DNA of 52,330 bases from an uncultured Granulosicoccaceae bacterium. GTDB taxonomy: Bacteria; Pseudomonadota; Gammaproteobacteria; Granulosicoccales; Granulosicoccaceae. The notes beneath the pieces are model-generated. The model was not told the DNA's origin. It ran no database searches and saw nothing but the letters and a program-made list of their open reading frames with translations. The translations under genes were made by a program, and so were the position numbers. Where the stretch lies: the NCBI GenBank assembly GCA_938008205.1, contig CALLLY010000306.1, forward strand, positions 1 to 52,330, written 5' to 3'. Below, in pieces: positions 1-9,464 of the stretch (positions are counted from its first letter, which is position 1; every line of letters starts with the position of its first letter).

Positions 1-770
1 GTAAACACATAAGGGTCGAGTGCAGCCTGATCCAGCAACTCGGTTTTACCAAGCATCTTTGCACGTTGCTGCACCAGATTTAGAGACAACAATTCCGTCA
101 CCACATCCTGACCGGCAGCAGCCTCGCTGACGGCTCCAAGCGTCTCAACCTGCAGGTAAGTATCGAACGCTGTTCCAACAGCACTTCTCAGCGTTCGCGG
201 ACCGAGCACCGGTAAAACTATATAAGGCCCTTCGGGTACTCCCCACACCCCAAAGGTCTGACCGAAGTCCTCGTTGTTTTTTTCAATGTCGAGCTTTGAT
301 GCAACATCAATCACGCCACCCAGTCCGGCTATAGTATTGATCGCTAGTCTCGAGGAATCATTCCATGCCTGATCCAGCTTGCCTTGCAATACAGAGTTAG
401 TCACTACACCGACATCACCCAGGTTATTGAAGAAATTACTAACTCCGGTCTGCACAATCTCAGGCGTATACTGACGGTAGTTGCTGGCAATAGGCTGCAG
501 TGCTTTTTCATCGAGCGCACGATTAAAACGGAACATCATGCGATTGTACTTTTCAAACGGATCCGCAGGATCACTCGCAACAGCGTCAACATCAGATTGA
601 CTGTTTTCATCGAATGTCGATCCCACGACTTCCAGTACCGTTTGCGTCACCGCCTGAGTAGCCGCACCAAATAACGAATCAAAATAGGAGGAAGTTTCGT
701 TGGTGTTTGCCAACGCTGGTGAAACTGAAGCAGCACTGAACAGCAGCAGTGATAAACACAAATGTTTCAT
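1..770 (-). CDS. mlaA: MlaA/VacJ family lipoprotein (partial; C-terminus lies beyond the window edge)
   Basis: Absent from the ORF track because it runs off the edge. My minus-strand translation from ATG (complement of 768-770) gives the signal-like MKHLCLSLLLFSAASVSPALA. It continues DPFEKYNRMMFRFNRALDEKALQPIASNY, FFNNLGDV, INTIAGLGGVIDVA and EDFGQTFGVWGVPEGPYIVLPVLGPRTLR, the conserved MlaA core. No stop occurs before position 1. Confidence 0.8.
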   Translation of the reverse strand, partial: MKHLCLSLLLFSAASVSPALANTNETSSYFDSLFGAATQAVTQTVLEVVGSTFDENSQSDVDAVASDPADPFEKYNRMMFRFNRALDEKALQPIASNYRQYTPEIVQTGVSNFFNNLGDVGVVTNSVLQGKLDQAWNDSSRLAINTIAGLGGVIDVASKLDIEKNNEDFGQTFGVWGVPEGPYIVLPVLGPRTLRSAVGTAFDTYLQVETLGAVSEAAAGQDVVTELLSLNLVQQRAKMLGKTELLDQAALDPYVF

Positions 771-1038
771 AAGACCGTCTTGCAATACCTTTGTCACTAC
801 ATAGTATGAATGGTCCACCGTGAATACAAGTCGGACCAGAACTCATACCATGGATATAACAATTGTTTGAGCCTGTTTAAAAGCGGCACGTTAAAATATG
901 TGAACACACACCTTAACGGCACGGACACCGTGAATGTGGAAGGATTAGGCTTCATCAGTGCCTGGCACTCCTGATTTGCTGCCCGTCGGCGTCAGCGGAT
1001 ATACTCCTTTCACATTTTCCTCAAGTAGCAGAATATCG

Positions 1039-1626
1039 GTGGAACTAAGCAGTTCGATTCAGGCGTTTGTACTTCACTTCGGTGAAATGGGCAGTCGCTG
1101 GGGCATCAACCGGACGGTCGGGCAAATTTATGCCCTGCTCTATTTAAGCGACAAACCGCTCAATGCAGAGGAAATCACCGACACACTGGGCGTGTCTAGA
1201 AGTAACGTCAGCATGGGACTGAAAGAGCTGCAATCGTGGAGGCTGGTGCGCTCGCAGCACCTGCCCGGTGATCGAAAAGACTACTTTTCAACACCCGAAG
1301 ACATCATGGAGATCGCGCTTACCCTGGTCGAAGAGAGGCGAAAACGTGAACTGGACCCAACCCTGACCCTGCTGCGCCAGACCCTGATGGAACCTGCAAC
1401 AGACAACGCAGAAAAGCACGCCCACGAACGCATGCAGCAAATGTGCGATCTGATGGAACAGGTTTCTGACTGGTCTCACGATTTACAAAAGCTCAATCCA
1501 AAAGAACTACAACGACTCCTGACACTGGGCAGTGCCGTACCAAAGCTACTGCAAATGAAAGATAAGCTCTCAGTTATCGGGGGCAAAGACAAGCGCAAAC
1601 GACCGACCGATGGTACTGTTGACTGA
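1039..1626 (+). CDS. GbsR/MarR-family winged-helix transcriptional regulator
   Basis: ORF 958..1626. FGEMGSRWGINRTVGQIYALLYLSDKPLNAEEITDTLGVSRSNVSMGLKELQSWRLV ... ERRKRELDPTLTLL is the typical GbsR-type HTH core. The in-frame GTG at 1039 gives a family-typical N-terminus; the true start is uncertain (958-1039). Confidence 0.8.
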   Translation: MELSSSIQAFVLHFGEMGSRWGINRTVGQIYALLYLSDKPLNAEEITDTLGVSRSNVSMGLKELQSWRLVRSQHLPGDRKDYFSTPEDIMEIALTLVEERRKRELDPTLTLLRQTLMEPATDNAEKHAHERMQQMCDLMEQVSDWSHDLQKLNPKELQRLLTLGSAVPKLLQMKDKLSVIGGKDKRKRPTDGTVD

Positions 1627-1629
1627 TCG

Positions 1630-1845
1630 GTGATGGCATCGAATAAAAACAAGGGGACCGGTTTTGTCAATGTGATGAAAAGCGCATTTTCAGCAGCCCT
1701 TGGCATCCAGTCCAGTGCCAATCGCGAGCGCGATTTTCAACACGGCAAGCCTGTTCACTTTATTGTCGCCGGCATTATAGTGACACTACTGTTTATCACC
1801 GCTGTCGCAATGATGGTCAAGTTCATGATTGCGTCGAGTACCTGA
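1630..1845 (+). CDS. DUF2970-like small membrane protein
   Basis: 71 aa. SAFSAALGIQSSANRERDF followed by one TM helix (HFIVAGIIVTLLFITAVAMMV) matches the DUF2970 pattern. It starts (GTG 1630 / ATG 1633) 4 nt after the regulator stop, so the two are probably co-transcribed. Confidence 0.65.
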   Translation: MMASNKNKGTGFVNVMKSAFSAALGIQSSANRERDFQHGKPVHFIVAGIIVTLLFITAVAMMVKFMIASST

Positions 1846-1969
1846 CACTCAGTCAAAAACTCGGCGACCGGCGCCTCTGCGGATCCGCTTTTAATCCTGA
1901 AAACGTCAGCATTTCGTCATATGAAGCAGCGTGTAACAGCACAATAAAGAAAAGTTTCGCTGAACCGTT

Positions 1970-3088
1970 ATGACGTGGAAGAGTGTCTTAACTACTTTCA
2001 CTAATCGGTTGAAATGTATGCGTTTACTTTCCATTGGTCTATTGGGACTATTGCTTGCTGCAGTGTACTGGGTCGGTGCGACCGTCTATTCGGAGCGAAT
2101 AGAGCAAGACATCACAGAGCGGTCCACCGCTGCGTTATCTGAGTATTCCAACGACGTTACGGTGTCCGTGGATGGACGTGATGTCACTATTGCAGGCGCC
2201 GTATCTTCAGAGAGCGAGCGTGAGCAGGTCAAGAGCGTGGCGAATGCAGTGTGGGGTGTTCGTAAAACTGCCGACACGATCACAATCGCGGAAGAAGTCA
2301 TCCCCGGTTTTAATTTCGACGCAGACTACGACAATCAGAAGCTACACATGTCAGGAACCGTGGACGGTGAACACACTGTTGCAATGATTAACAACATTCA
2401 TAAGGCTCTGCCACCCAGTACGTTAATCAGTACCGGCGCGATCGGCACGGGTGCTGCACAACTAATTCGCAGCCCTGAAAAAGTTGAAACCGGAATTGCA
2501 GCGCTTACTCAGCTCAATCGTGGTGATCTGAAAATCACCGACGAAGACTTCATCCTTAACGGTGTTGTCAGCGACGAGGCCAGACGAGAAGCGATCGAAA
2601 GATTAATAGCAACCCGCTCAGAAGCATTAAAACCATTAGATGTGCAGTTGAACATTGATATCGATCCATACACAACCATTACGCAAGCCTGTCGAGATGC
2701 TATGAAAACAGCAACTCACGGCAACGTACTGAACTATAAAGTCGACTACTCCAACATCGAGAGCCGCTATACGGCTCAGTTGAATGCAGTTGCCAGCGTG
2801 ATTAACGGTGTATGCGCCGGCCAGGTTACCCATGTACTTGTAGAGAGCCATGCAGACGTCACCGGTGGTGAAGGATACAACCAGGGGCTTAGTGAGCGAA
2901 GAGCTTCCACGGTACACGATTACCTGATCGGTAAGGGCGTGCCGGAACATCAGATTACCGCTTTCGGATACGGTGAATTCCGCCCGATCGCTACCAACGA
3001 AACGGTTGAAGGTAGAGCACAGAATCGACGTACCGAGATTCATTTCTCTACTGATCCACTAAATCTTTCATCAAATTCAGAAGAATAA
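1970..3088 (+). CDS. OmpA-family peptidoglycan-binding protein with N-terminal membrane anchor and BON-like domain
   Basis: N-terminal TM (LLSIGLLGLLLAAVYWVGA). BON-like VSVDGRDVTIAGAVSSESEREQVKSVANAVWGVRKTAD. C-terminal OmpA_C motif GYNQGLSERRASTVHDYLIGKGVPEHQITAFGYGEFRPIATNETVEGRAQNRRTEIHF. Confidence 0.85.
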   Translation: MTWKSVLTTFTNRLKCMRLLSIGLLGLLLAAVYWVGATVYSERIEQDITERSTAALSEYSNDVTVSVDGRDVTIAGAVSSESEREQVKSVANAVWGVRKTADTITIAEEVIPGFNFDADYDNQKLHMSGTVDGEHTVAMINNIHKALPPSTLISTGAIGTGAAQLIRSPEKVETGIAALTQLNRGDLKITDEDFILNGVVSDEARREAIERLIATRSEALKPLDVQLNIDIDPYTTITQACRDAMKTATHGNVLNYKVDYSNIESRYTAQLNAVASVINGVCAGQVTHVLVESHADVTGGEGYNQGLSERRASTVHDYLIGKGVPEHQITAFGYGEFRPIATNETVEGRAQNRRTEIHFSTDPLNLSSNSEE

Positions 3089-3112
3089 AACACCTCCAAC
3101 GGAGTAACCGAA

Positions 3113-5029
3113 ATGGTCTACCTCATTACCCAGTTGCTGTTGTTACTCGCGATAGCTTCACTTCTCAGTGCAGCGATCGGCTGGTTGTGTCGGCGTTTTT
3201 TTACCGAACAAGCTCATCAAAACGAGCTCGACGATCACAAGCGTGCTAATCGCCGGTATCTCAACGAACTGGACGACTTGCGGCGCGAACTGACTGATCG
3301 CAATACACAGGTTGCCGGTTTGAATTCAAAGCTTCACTACAACAACGAAGCGATTCAAAGGGCAGAGCAGGAACGCGAGAATCTGCTGCAGGACATTGAT
3401 GATTTACGTGCGCTGGAAAACCAGCTGCGAGCGGTGGAAGATGATCGCGCCGACATAGATCACCAGTTGGCGGCAACATCAGCCGAGCTGGACCGGGCTC
3501 GTCAGGCACACGCCGACAATATTGCCGATCTGCAAAATGCTATCGCCGAGAAGGAGCAAAACCTGCTCAATGCCGAACAGGCCAATCGGGAGCTCGACAG
3601 GCAACTGGGCATAAATGCGGGTAATGCCGATCAGAAGGAACAACAGCTCAATGCTGCTCTCGCCGCAGCCTCCGATAAAGAAAAACAGCTTCGCGAAGCG
3701 CAAAACGCTAATAAGCAAAAAGATCAGCTGCTGAATAGCGCCAATGCTGCACAAGCAGAGAAAGAAAACCAGCTCAGAGAAGCCGCTGTAAGAGCTGCCG
3801 AAAGCGAAGAAAAACTGCGTGCTGCCGAGCGTGTTAACGCTAACCTTGAAGACATTATCAAAAGTCTGAATAACGACATCAAGGCAAAAACGGCAGAGCG
3901 GGAAAATGCTGCTCAACAACATGCAGCACTAAGTGCAGAGCTTGCTAAACTACAACAAAAACTGGCACAAACAGAGCAAACCGACAACGCTCGAATTGCT
4001 GAACTTGAGAATGCTCTGCGCGGAAAGACCGATCACCTGGCCAGCGCCAGACAGAGTATCGCGGCTGGTGAAGAAAAGCTTAACGCACTGAATGATCAGC
4101 TCGCAGATCGTTCGCAGCAACGAGATAAACTCGAACGCCTGGCCGAAGACCAGCAAAAAGAAATACAGGCACTGCAACGCGACATCAATAAGGCGCAGCA
4201 GGAAACTGCCGATTCAAAGATCGCTGCACAAGAGTCGGTTGCGGGCTTACAAAACGAACTCGACAAGCAGAAAGCCGTTACCGAAAACCATCGTGGTGAG
4301 GCTGCCAATCTATCTCGCGAAAAAGGAGACCTGAAGCGTGAAATCGATGGATTGAAAGCCGAATTAAAAGACACCAGAAACGCTGGCGAAGCCAAAATGG
4401 CAAACGTTGCTGAACAACTCAAGCATCAGCAACAAGCGACTACCAGCTCGCAGTCCGCGGCGGCAGCACTTGAAAAGCAACTGGCTGAATTAAAAAACCA
4501 AAGTGCCAGAGACAAAGATGCAGCAGACAAGCAAATGAGTGCGCTGCGTCAGAGTGAAAGAGAAGCAACTCAGCTTGCCGGCCAGGTCGATAACGCTAAA
4601 GACCGGATTGCAGAGCTTGAATCACAAATCGCTAACGGACGCTCTGGAGCAACTGCACAGGAAAAGGAACTTAAAGACAAACTCAGTCAGCAGGCCAACG
4701 CGCTTAATGCCAAAGACACTGAACTGCGGGCGGCAATTTCTCGTTCCATGGAACTGGAAGACTCTGTAGCAGCATTTCGGTCCAATGAGGCAGAGCTCAA
4801 AGCCCTCATTGAGCAACTGAAAGCGCAACTGGCAGAAGAACGCAAACTGGCAGGGTTTAACCTTTTGTCGCGCATCAAAGAACTTGAGGCTATGCTCGAC
4901 GCAGAACGTCGCAAGGCTGATGAGATGCAATCAACCTCTGACATTGGCAAAGTAAAGTGGACCGCCAAGTCTACCGTACACAGCAGAGCTGCTAATTCTT
5001 CGAGCGTCTATCGCAAGAAGACGGGATAA
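3113..5029 (+). CDS. Membrane-anchored long coiled-coil protein (function unknown)
   Basis: 638 aa with a single N-terminal TM (VYLITQLLLLLAIASLLSAAIGWLCRRFF). About 600 aa of Q/E/A/K/L-rich heptad-like sequence follows, with internal repeats (EKEQNLLNAEQANREL, QKEQQLNAAL, DKEKQLREAQ, EKENQLREAA). A GGAG lies 8 nt before the ATG, 24 nt after the OmpA stop. Confidence 0.7.
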   Translation: MVYLITQLLLLLAIASLLSAAIGWLCRRFFTEQAHQNELDDHKRANRRYLNELDDLRRELTDRNTQVAGLNSKLHYNNEAIQRAEQERENLLQDIDDLRALENQLRAVEDDRADIDHQLAATSAELDRARQAHADNIADLQNAIAEKEQNLLNAEQANRELDRQLGINAGNADQKEQQLNAALAAASDKEKQLREAQNANKQKDQLLNSANAAQAEKENQLREAAVRAAESEEKLRAAERVNANLEDIIKSLNNDIKAKTAERENAAQQHAALSAELAKLQQKLAQTEQTDNARIAELENALRGKTDHLASARQSIAAGEEKLNALNDQLADRSQQRDKLERLAEDQQKEIQALQRDINKAQQETADSKIAAQESVAGLQNELDKQKAVTENHRGEAANLSREKGDLKREIDGLKAELKDTRNAGEAKMANVAEQLKHQQQATTSSQSAAAALEKQLAELKNQSARDKDAADKQMSALRQSEREATQLAGQVDNAKDRIAELESQIANGRSGATAQEKELKDKLSQQANALNAKDTELRAAISRSMELEDSVAAFRSNEAELKALIEQLKAQLAEERKLAGFNLLSRIKELEAMLDAERRKADEMQSTSDIGKVKWTAKSTVHSRAANSSSVYRKKTG

Positions 5030-5112
5030 CACCGCCGCCTGAGAGGCTTGGCTCTAATTGAGCTGATGTCCGTGGTGCATCCGCTGCATCCGTACAGGTG
5101 ATACATAGTTGG

Positions 5113-5144
5113 ATAAAACGCCGCTGTTAAGCGGCGTTTTTTTA
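5113..5144. terminator. Bidirectional rho-independent terminator
   Basis: AACGCCGCT (5117-5125) / loop GTTA / AGCGGCGTT (5130-5138), flanked by an A-run upstream and a T-run downstream. It sits between convergent genes ending at 5029 and 5146. Confidence 0.75.
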
Positions 5145-5145
5145 T

Positions 5146-5502
5146 TTACTTGATTTTTCTCAACGCACGATGAAGTTGCTCTGCGCCCGCTACCATCTGC
5201 TGTTTTCCCCGATCGCTGTAATTGCCCGCAGGCACCGGCGCCAGCTGCCAGGTCTTCCATTCTTCTTGTTTGTCATCAGTGCAGGACGGTTCTTCGTCGG
5301 TACTGACTGAAATGGCCTTTTGCATTTTCCTGTACTGATCAACGTTAGTCAGTTGCTTGTGTTTTAACCGCTCCAGGAAGGTGTTGTTCACAATGTATCC
5401 CTTGTATTGAGTGCAGGCAGATTGTAAGCGATTGGCCATAATCGCATATTGATTCATTGCAAACAGCCCGACGCCATTTACGCCGAATGTGCAACACACC
5501 AC
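5146..5502 (-). CDS. Hypothetical protein
   Basis: 118-aa ORF ending right at the terminator, with no motif I recognise. The more likely start is the ATG at complement 5457 (MNQYAIMANRL...). Confidence 0.4.
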   Translation of the reverse strand: MVCCTFGVNGVGLFAMNQYAIMANRLQSACTQYKGYIVNNTFLERLKHKQLTNVDQYRKMQKAISVSTDEEPSCTDDKQEEWKTWQLAPVPAGNYSDRGKQQMVAGAEQLHRALRKIK

Positions 5503-5634
5503 ATTTCGACTGATAATTGTGAACCTGGTTGCAACAGCGATTGATTTACCCGGTTCGATGTGCCAACACAGTCAAGACAAAAACTGATTTAAATAAGTAA
5601 CCTGTCGCGCTCGACTCGTTCAGTGGTTCAGCGC

Positions 5635-6249
5635 ATGAAATACGCAACATTTCTGGCAGCAGGCTTTGCAGCCGTATTCCACCTTAATGCAGATGCAGCG
5701 CCCGGGGAGTGCGAACAGTTACCGCCACTACGCGACAGTGGGCACTATTTTGATCACAATGATATTCAGCCCATGCAGGCGCAGAACATTATCAAAATCG
5801 AGCGCTTTGCCAAAGCGCTGGAAGGCCGATGGCGTGGTACCGGAACTATTATCGATTGTGTTGAAAGAGAGCGGCAGGCAGTCAAAAACCATAGAGAGTT
5901 CGATTTTATCGGAGAGACAATCGAATTTAACAACGGTGCACTTGAGCTCAAACGCGAACAAACCATTATTGATTTGAAAACCGTGCAGCTGGAAAAAATA
6001 CCACTTACCCCTGCAATTTACGACAACCCCGAATTACAGCGCTGGCATACGCTGGAGTTTGAAAATGACTCCACAATGATCTACTCGCAAAAGTATCGTC
6101 GCGCTACCGCCTACGGACTCAATCAGTTTGTGCACGAGATTAAAAAAGTGACACTTAAAGATGGCGTACTACAAATAGACCAGAAGAAATTCATCAACGG
6201 GGCTTTTGCATACCAGTCGGGTACAACACTGACACGCTTGCCGGGTTAG
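5635..6249 (+). CDS. Hypothetical secreted protein
   Basis: ORF 5623..6249. The internal ATG at 5635 gives MKYATFLAAGFAAVFHLNADA, a plausible Sec signal peptide. No recognised family. Confidence 0.55.
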   Translation: MKYATFLAAGFAAVFHLNADAAPGECEQLPPLRDSGHYFDHNDIQPMQAQNIIKIERFAKALEGRWRGTGTIIDCVERERQAVKNHREFDFIGETIEFNNGALELKREQTIIDLKTVQLEKIPLTPAIYDNPELQRWHTLEFENDSTMIYSQKYRRATAYGLNQFVHEIKKVTLKDGVLQIDQKKFINGAFAYQSGTTLTRLPG

Positions 6250-6297
6250 CTTACCCGCTACAGCGTTAGTGCGCAGCGGCTGAATCGTATTTGAGGG

Positions 6298-7053
6298 CTA
6301 GTTTTCCGGTGAGATGAGCTCTGAGCGAAGTATGTAGCCTGTACGCCCGGAGCCATCGTTAGCCGCAACCTGCGCCCAGACACCCGTGGTATCAAACAAC
6401 GTGACGGTTTGTTCGCCACTGATGGTGACGATCTGCCGCGCACCGAACTCAGGGGATTCGCGAAGAATCGCTGACTCGCTTTTCAACGAGTACACCGGCA
6501 GTACTTTGGGTTCAGATCGCGTTTCGACTGGCTCCACACTGGCAACACGTTGAGTTGGCGACGCCTGGACCTGACTAATAACCTGCGCCGGAACTTCACG
6601 ACTTAATTCTGCTTTCTCATAGCTCTTGGGGGAGGAGGCGGCCTGCGGCAGTTCATCCTGCTCATCAGACGCCAACGATTTAGCTGTGACAACCGTGCCG
6701 GTCGCCCGCTCGGCAGCTTCACCCTGAGCCACGATCTCAGTGCGCTCAACATCGCGACGCGCACGATCTTGCTTGAGGCTGTAGAGGTTAAAAATCCGAC
6801 GAGCACGTTGCTCACCCTCATAATCCTGCTGCTGAACTATCTGCTCAGGTGTCATGGCCGGCTGACTCCCACGAATCAGAATCACTGCCAGGCAAAGTAA
6901 TGCAACAACCACAGCGATACCCTGCACCACGGTTTTACCGGCAGACTCCTTCTGTCGACGTGGTGCTTCAGCCATATCTTCATTGCTGACATCACCGGAG
7001 TAAAATCGGTCGTTAGACTCAGCCACTCGTTTGAACCTTGCTATGTGTACCAA
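6298..7053 (-). CDS. Membrane-anchored SH3b-domain protein
   Basis: One TM (VVQGIAVVVALLCLAVILI), a charged low-complexity linker, then a C-terminal bacterial SH3-like segment (SAILRESPEFGARQIVTISGEQTVTLFDTTGVWAQVAANDGSGRTGYILRSELI). The start is either TTG 7053 or ATG 6975. Confidence 0.6.
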   Translation of the reverse strand: MVHIARFKRVAESNDRFYSGDVSNEDMAEAPRRQKESAGKTVVQGIAVVVALLCLAVILIRGSQPAMTPEQIVQQQDYEGEQRARRIFNLYSLKQDRARRDVERTEIVAQGEAAERATGTVVTAKSLASDEQDELPQAASSPKSYEKAELSREVPAQVISQVQASPTQRVASVEPVETRSEPKVLPVYSLKSESAILRESPEFGARQIVTISGEQTVTLFDTTGVWAQVAANDGSGRTGYILRSELISPEN

Positions 7054-7077
7054 CCACGCTATTGTACCTTGTCAACG

Positions 7078-7091
7078 TTTCAATATTGAAA
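7078..7091. promoter_or_regulatory. 14-bp perfect palindrome TTTCAATATTGAAA (possible operator)
   Basis: Read directly. Lies in the 365-bp divergent intergenic region between the SH3 gene and the Crp-like gene. Shares the 9-mer TTCAATATT / AATATTGAA with the argG-gltA palindrome at 25307-25328. Confidence 0.25.
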
Positions 7092-7417
7092 TTATTTGTT
7101 TATTTTTAGTTACTTGGCTGATGAAGGACAGTAGGCACAACATGCGCTGTCCGAGGTGCGTTTTTAGCACCAAATGTCGTGCCGTACAGTGAAATTATGT
7201 CTCAATGAGATCAGAATTCAGCATCGCTTGTTTTCGAATCCACCGCCGTCACCATCGACTATTGTCGACAATCGTTCGACTGACTGAAGCTGAATCCTGG
7301 TACTTCGTAAAACTGTCGCTGCCAAACTGCCGATAGTGATGGTAATTTTGGTACACTAATCACATGGAGCTGTCGCTTCCTAGGGCATGGGAATGAACAG
7401 AGTTAGGAGCGCACCAC

Positions 7418-8080
7418 GTGCCTGAATTAACAGATTTGTTAAAGGAAGTGCCGACGTTTTCCGAGCTCGACGCGGACGCACTCGAGTCACTGGCCGGCAA
7501 ATCACGTCGCCATACCTTCAAAAAAAATACTGTGATAATGCCTGAAGGCGAACCGGGTGAGTGTCTCTACATTATCGAATCCGGCAGCGTAAAGGTGTTC
7601 GTAGGCGATGAAGACGGACGGGAGCTGGTTCTGTATCAGGAGGGTCCAGGCACCTGCATCGGTGACATTTCACTTCTGGACGACGCCCCTCGCTCCGCTT
7701 CTGTGATCACCCTTGAGAAAACAGTCGCCTGGTCATTATCGAAGCAGGATTTTCTTGCCTGCATCGAACAGAACCCGCAGATGTCCCTGAAAATTATCCG
7801 AACATTGACCCGCCGTCTAAGAGATGCCACCGGCGGTATTCGCAGCCTGGCGCTGGATAACGTCTACCGCCGACTTGCAGACAAATTGATTGAACTGGCC
7901 GTTGAAGAAGAAGGCGAACTGGCTCTCGAGAAACGCTATTCGCAACAGGACCTGGGCAACATGATTGGCGCTTCCAGAGAAATGGTCGGCAAGGTGATAT
8001 CAGAACTCGTCAATGGCGAATACATTGAAATGCGGGATAAAAGAATTCATATCCTGAAAAATCTGCCACGCAATTGGTAA
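7418..8080 (+). CDS. Crp/Fnr-family transcriptional regulator (cNMP-binding domain + C-terminal HTH)
   Basis: cNMP-binding beta-roll (GEPGECLYIIESGSVKVFVGDEDGRELVLYQEGPGTCIGDISLLDDAPRSASV). C-terminal HTH (SQQDLGNMIGASREMVGKVISEL). AGGAG lies 8 nt upstream of the GTG start. Confidence 0.85.
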   Translation: MPELTDLLKEVPTFSELDADALESLAGKSRRHTFKKNTVIMPEGEPGECLYIIESGSVKVFVGDEDGRELVLYQEGPGTCIGDISLLDDAPRSASVITLEKTVAWSLSKQDFLACIEQNPQMSLKIIRTLTRRLRDATGGIRSLALDNVYRRLADKLIELAVEEEGELALEKRYSQQDLGNMIGASREMVGKVISELVNGEYIEMRDKRIHILKNLPRNW

Positions 8081-8093
8081 TCCCCAAAGCGAA

Positions 8094-9197
8094 GTGAACA
8101 ACGCAACAACACCTTCATCCTTTGATGACATATTTCTCAATGACATTCCACTGATCGATGTTAGAGCGCCTTGCGAATTTCAACGAGGCGCTTTTCCAAC
8201 CTCGGTTAACTTACCTATTTTAAACGACAAAGAGCGACAGCTGGTTGGTACCTGTTATAAACAGAAAGGACCACAGAGCGCAGAAGAACTCGGGCACGCC
8301 CTACTAGCCGGTGAGAAACGTCAGGCTCGAATTGCCAGTTGGGGTGAGTTTGCAAAACAAAATCCACAAGCCTATCTCTACTGCTTCAGAGGCGGAAAAC
8401 GCTCGAACATCACGCAACAGTGGCTGCACGAACACGAGATCAGCCTGCCATTAGTTGAAGGCGGCTACAAAGCCTTGCGAAACCACCTGATTGAGATACT
8501 GGAAAATTACTCACGCTCATTACCGCTAATTTTGCTTAGCGGTAAAACCGGAAGCGGAAAAACATTATTACTGCCACACTTGCCGCACCATATAGATCTA
8601 GAAAAGCTGGCCAACCACCGTGGCTCAAGTTTCGGTGCGGTGCTGACTCCTCAACCCACCAATATCAATTTCGAAAATGGCCTGGCAATAGACATGCTAA
8701 AAGTTGCCCAACGCAATCCACAAAGGGTATTCATTGAAGACGAAGGCACTTTAATTGGGCGCATCTCGGTACCGGAGCCGCTGAGAAACCAGATGTTAAA
8801 GCTTCCCGCCGTTTTGCTCACGGCAAACATTCAAAAACGAGTCGAGGTATCTGAAAAGGATTACATTAGCGACTTACTGAGAGCTTATCGAACCACACAT
8901 GGAATAGATATCGGCTTACAGCGTTTTATAGAGCACCACAAAACAGCTCTGCTAAAAATAAAAAAGCGATTTGGATCTGACAACAGTAATCGTAGCCTGA
9001 AAATGTTTGATGCTGGTGTCAAACACTTAATACAGAGCAACGATACCTCAGGTTTTCACCCTTACATCGAACACTTGCTAACGCAATACTATGATCCAAT
9101 GTACGAGTATCAGTTTAAAAGTAAAAATCGAACGGTAGTTTTTTCCGGTAACGCTGATGAAGTACTACAATGGTGTAAAGAATATTGTCCAGACTAG
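8094..9197 (+). CDS. mnmH: tRNA 2-selenouridine synthase
   Basis: Collinear with E. coli YbbB/SelU as I recall it. Rhodanese part (IDVRAPCEFQRGAFPTSVNLP, YCFRGGKRSN, PLVEGGYKALR), P-loop (LSGKTGSGKT), ANHRGSSFG and C-terminal YYDPMYEYQ. Confidence 0.85.
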   Translation: MNNATTPSSFDDIFLNDIPLIDVRAPCEFQRGAFPTSVNLPILNDKERQLVGTCYKQKGPQSAEELGHALLAGEKRQARIASWGEFAKQNPQAYLYCFRGGKRSNITQQWLHEHEISLPLVEGGYKALRNHLIEILENYSRSLPLILLSGKTGSGKTLLLPHLPHHIDLEKLANHRGSSFGAVLTPQPTNINFENGLAIDMLKVAQRNPQRVFIEDEGTLIGRISVPEPLRNQMLKLPAVLLTANIQKRVEVSEKDYISDLLRAYRTTHGIDIGLQRFIEHHKTALLKIKKRFGSDNSNRSLKMFDAGVKHLIQSNDTSGFHPYIEHLLTQYYDPMYEYQFKSKNRTVVFSGNADEVLQWCKEYCPD

Positions 9198-9464
9198 CTG
9201 ACACTCGAACCTCTGATTCTTGCTGTTGATACAGTATTCTTCTGAAAAACTGAATTTCCTTGACTAGCTTCAATCAGGTAGCAATCAGCTACCTGATGGG
9301 CTGCGCCATGACTTCATCGACACATTATTCGTAGCGAATACACGCTATTGCCGCGATAGCTAAAGCTTGCCTATATTTTTTGGCAGGATATCGAAACCAG
9401 CTTTGTTAATCGTTCATGAACTCAAGGCCACCCTCAGCACATTTCACAAAACAGGAAATCAGTC

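Noticed and set aside
384-674. 96-aa plus-strand ORF
   Set aside because: It lies antisense to the well-supported mlaA coding sequence.
3261-4968. Antisense and alternative-frame ORFs within the coiled-coil gene (3479..3922, 4096..4422, 4622..4930 and others)
   Set aside because: These are shadow ORFs of a biased-composition (Q/E/A/K) gene. They have no start-site context and no motifs.
1970-5029. Zorya-like (ZorA/ZorB) anti-phage module, suggested by an OmpA/MotB-like protein next to a protein with a very long coiled-coil tail
   Set aside because: The coiled-coil protein has a single N-terminal TM and no MotA-like multi-TM channel domain. The gene order is reversed relative to zorAB. No ZorC/ZorD-type helicase or nuclease genes follow; the next element is a terminator.
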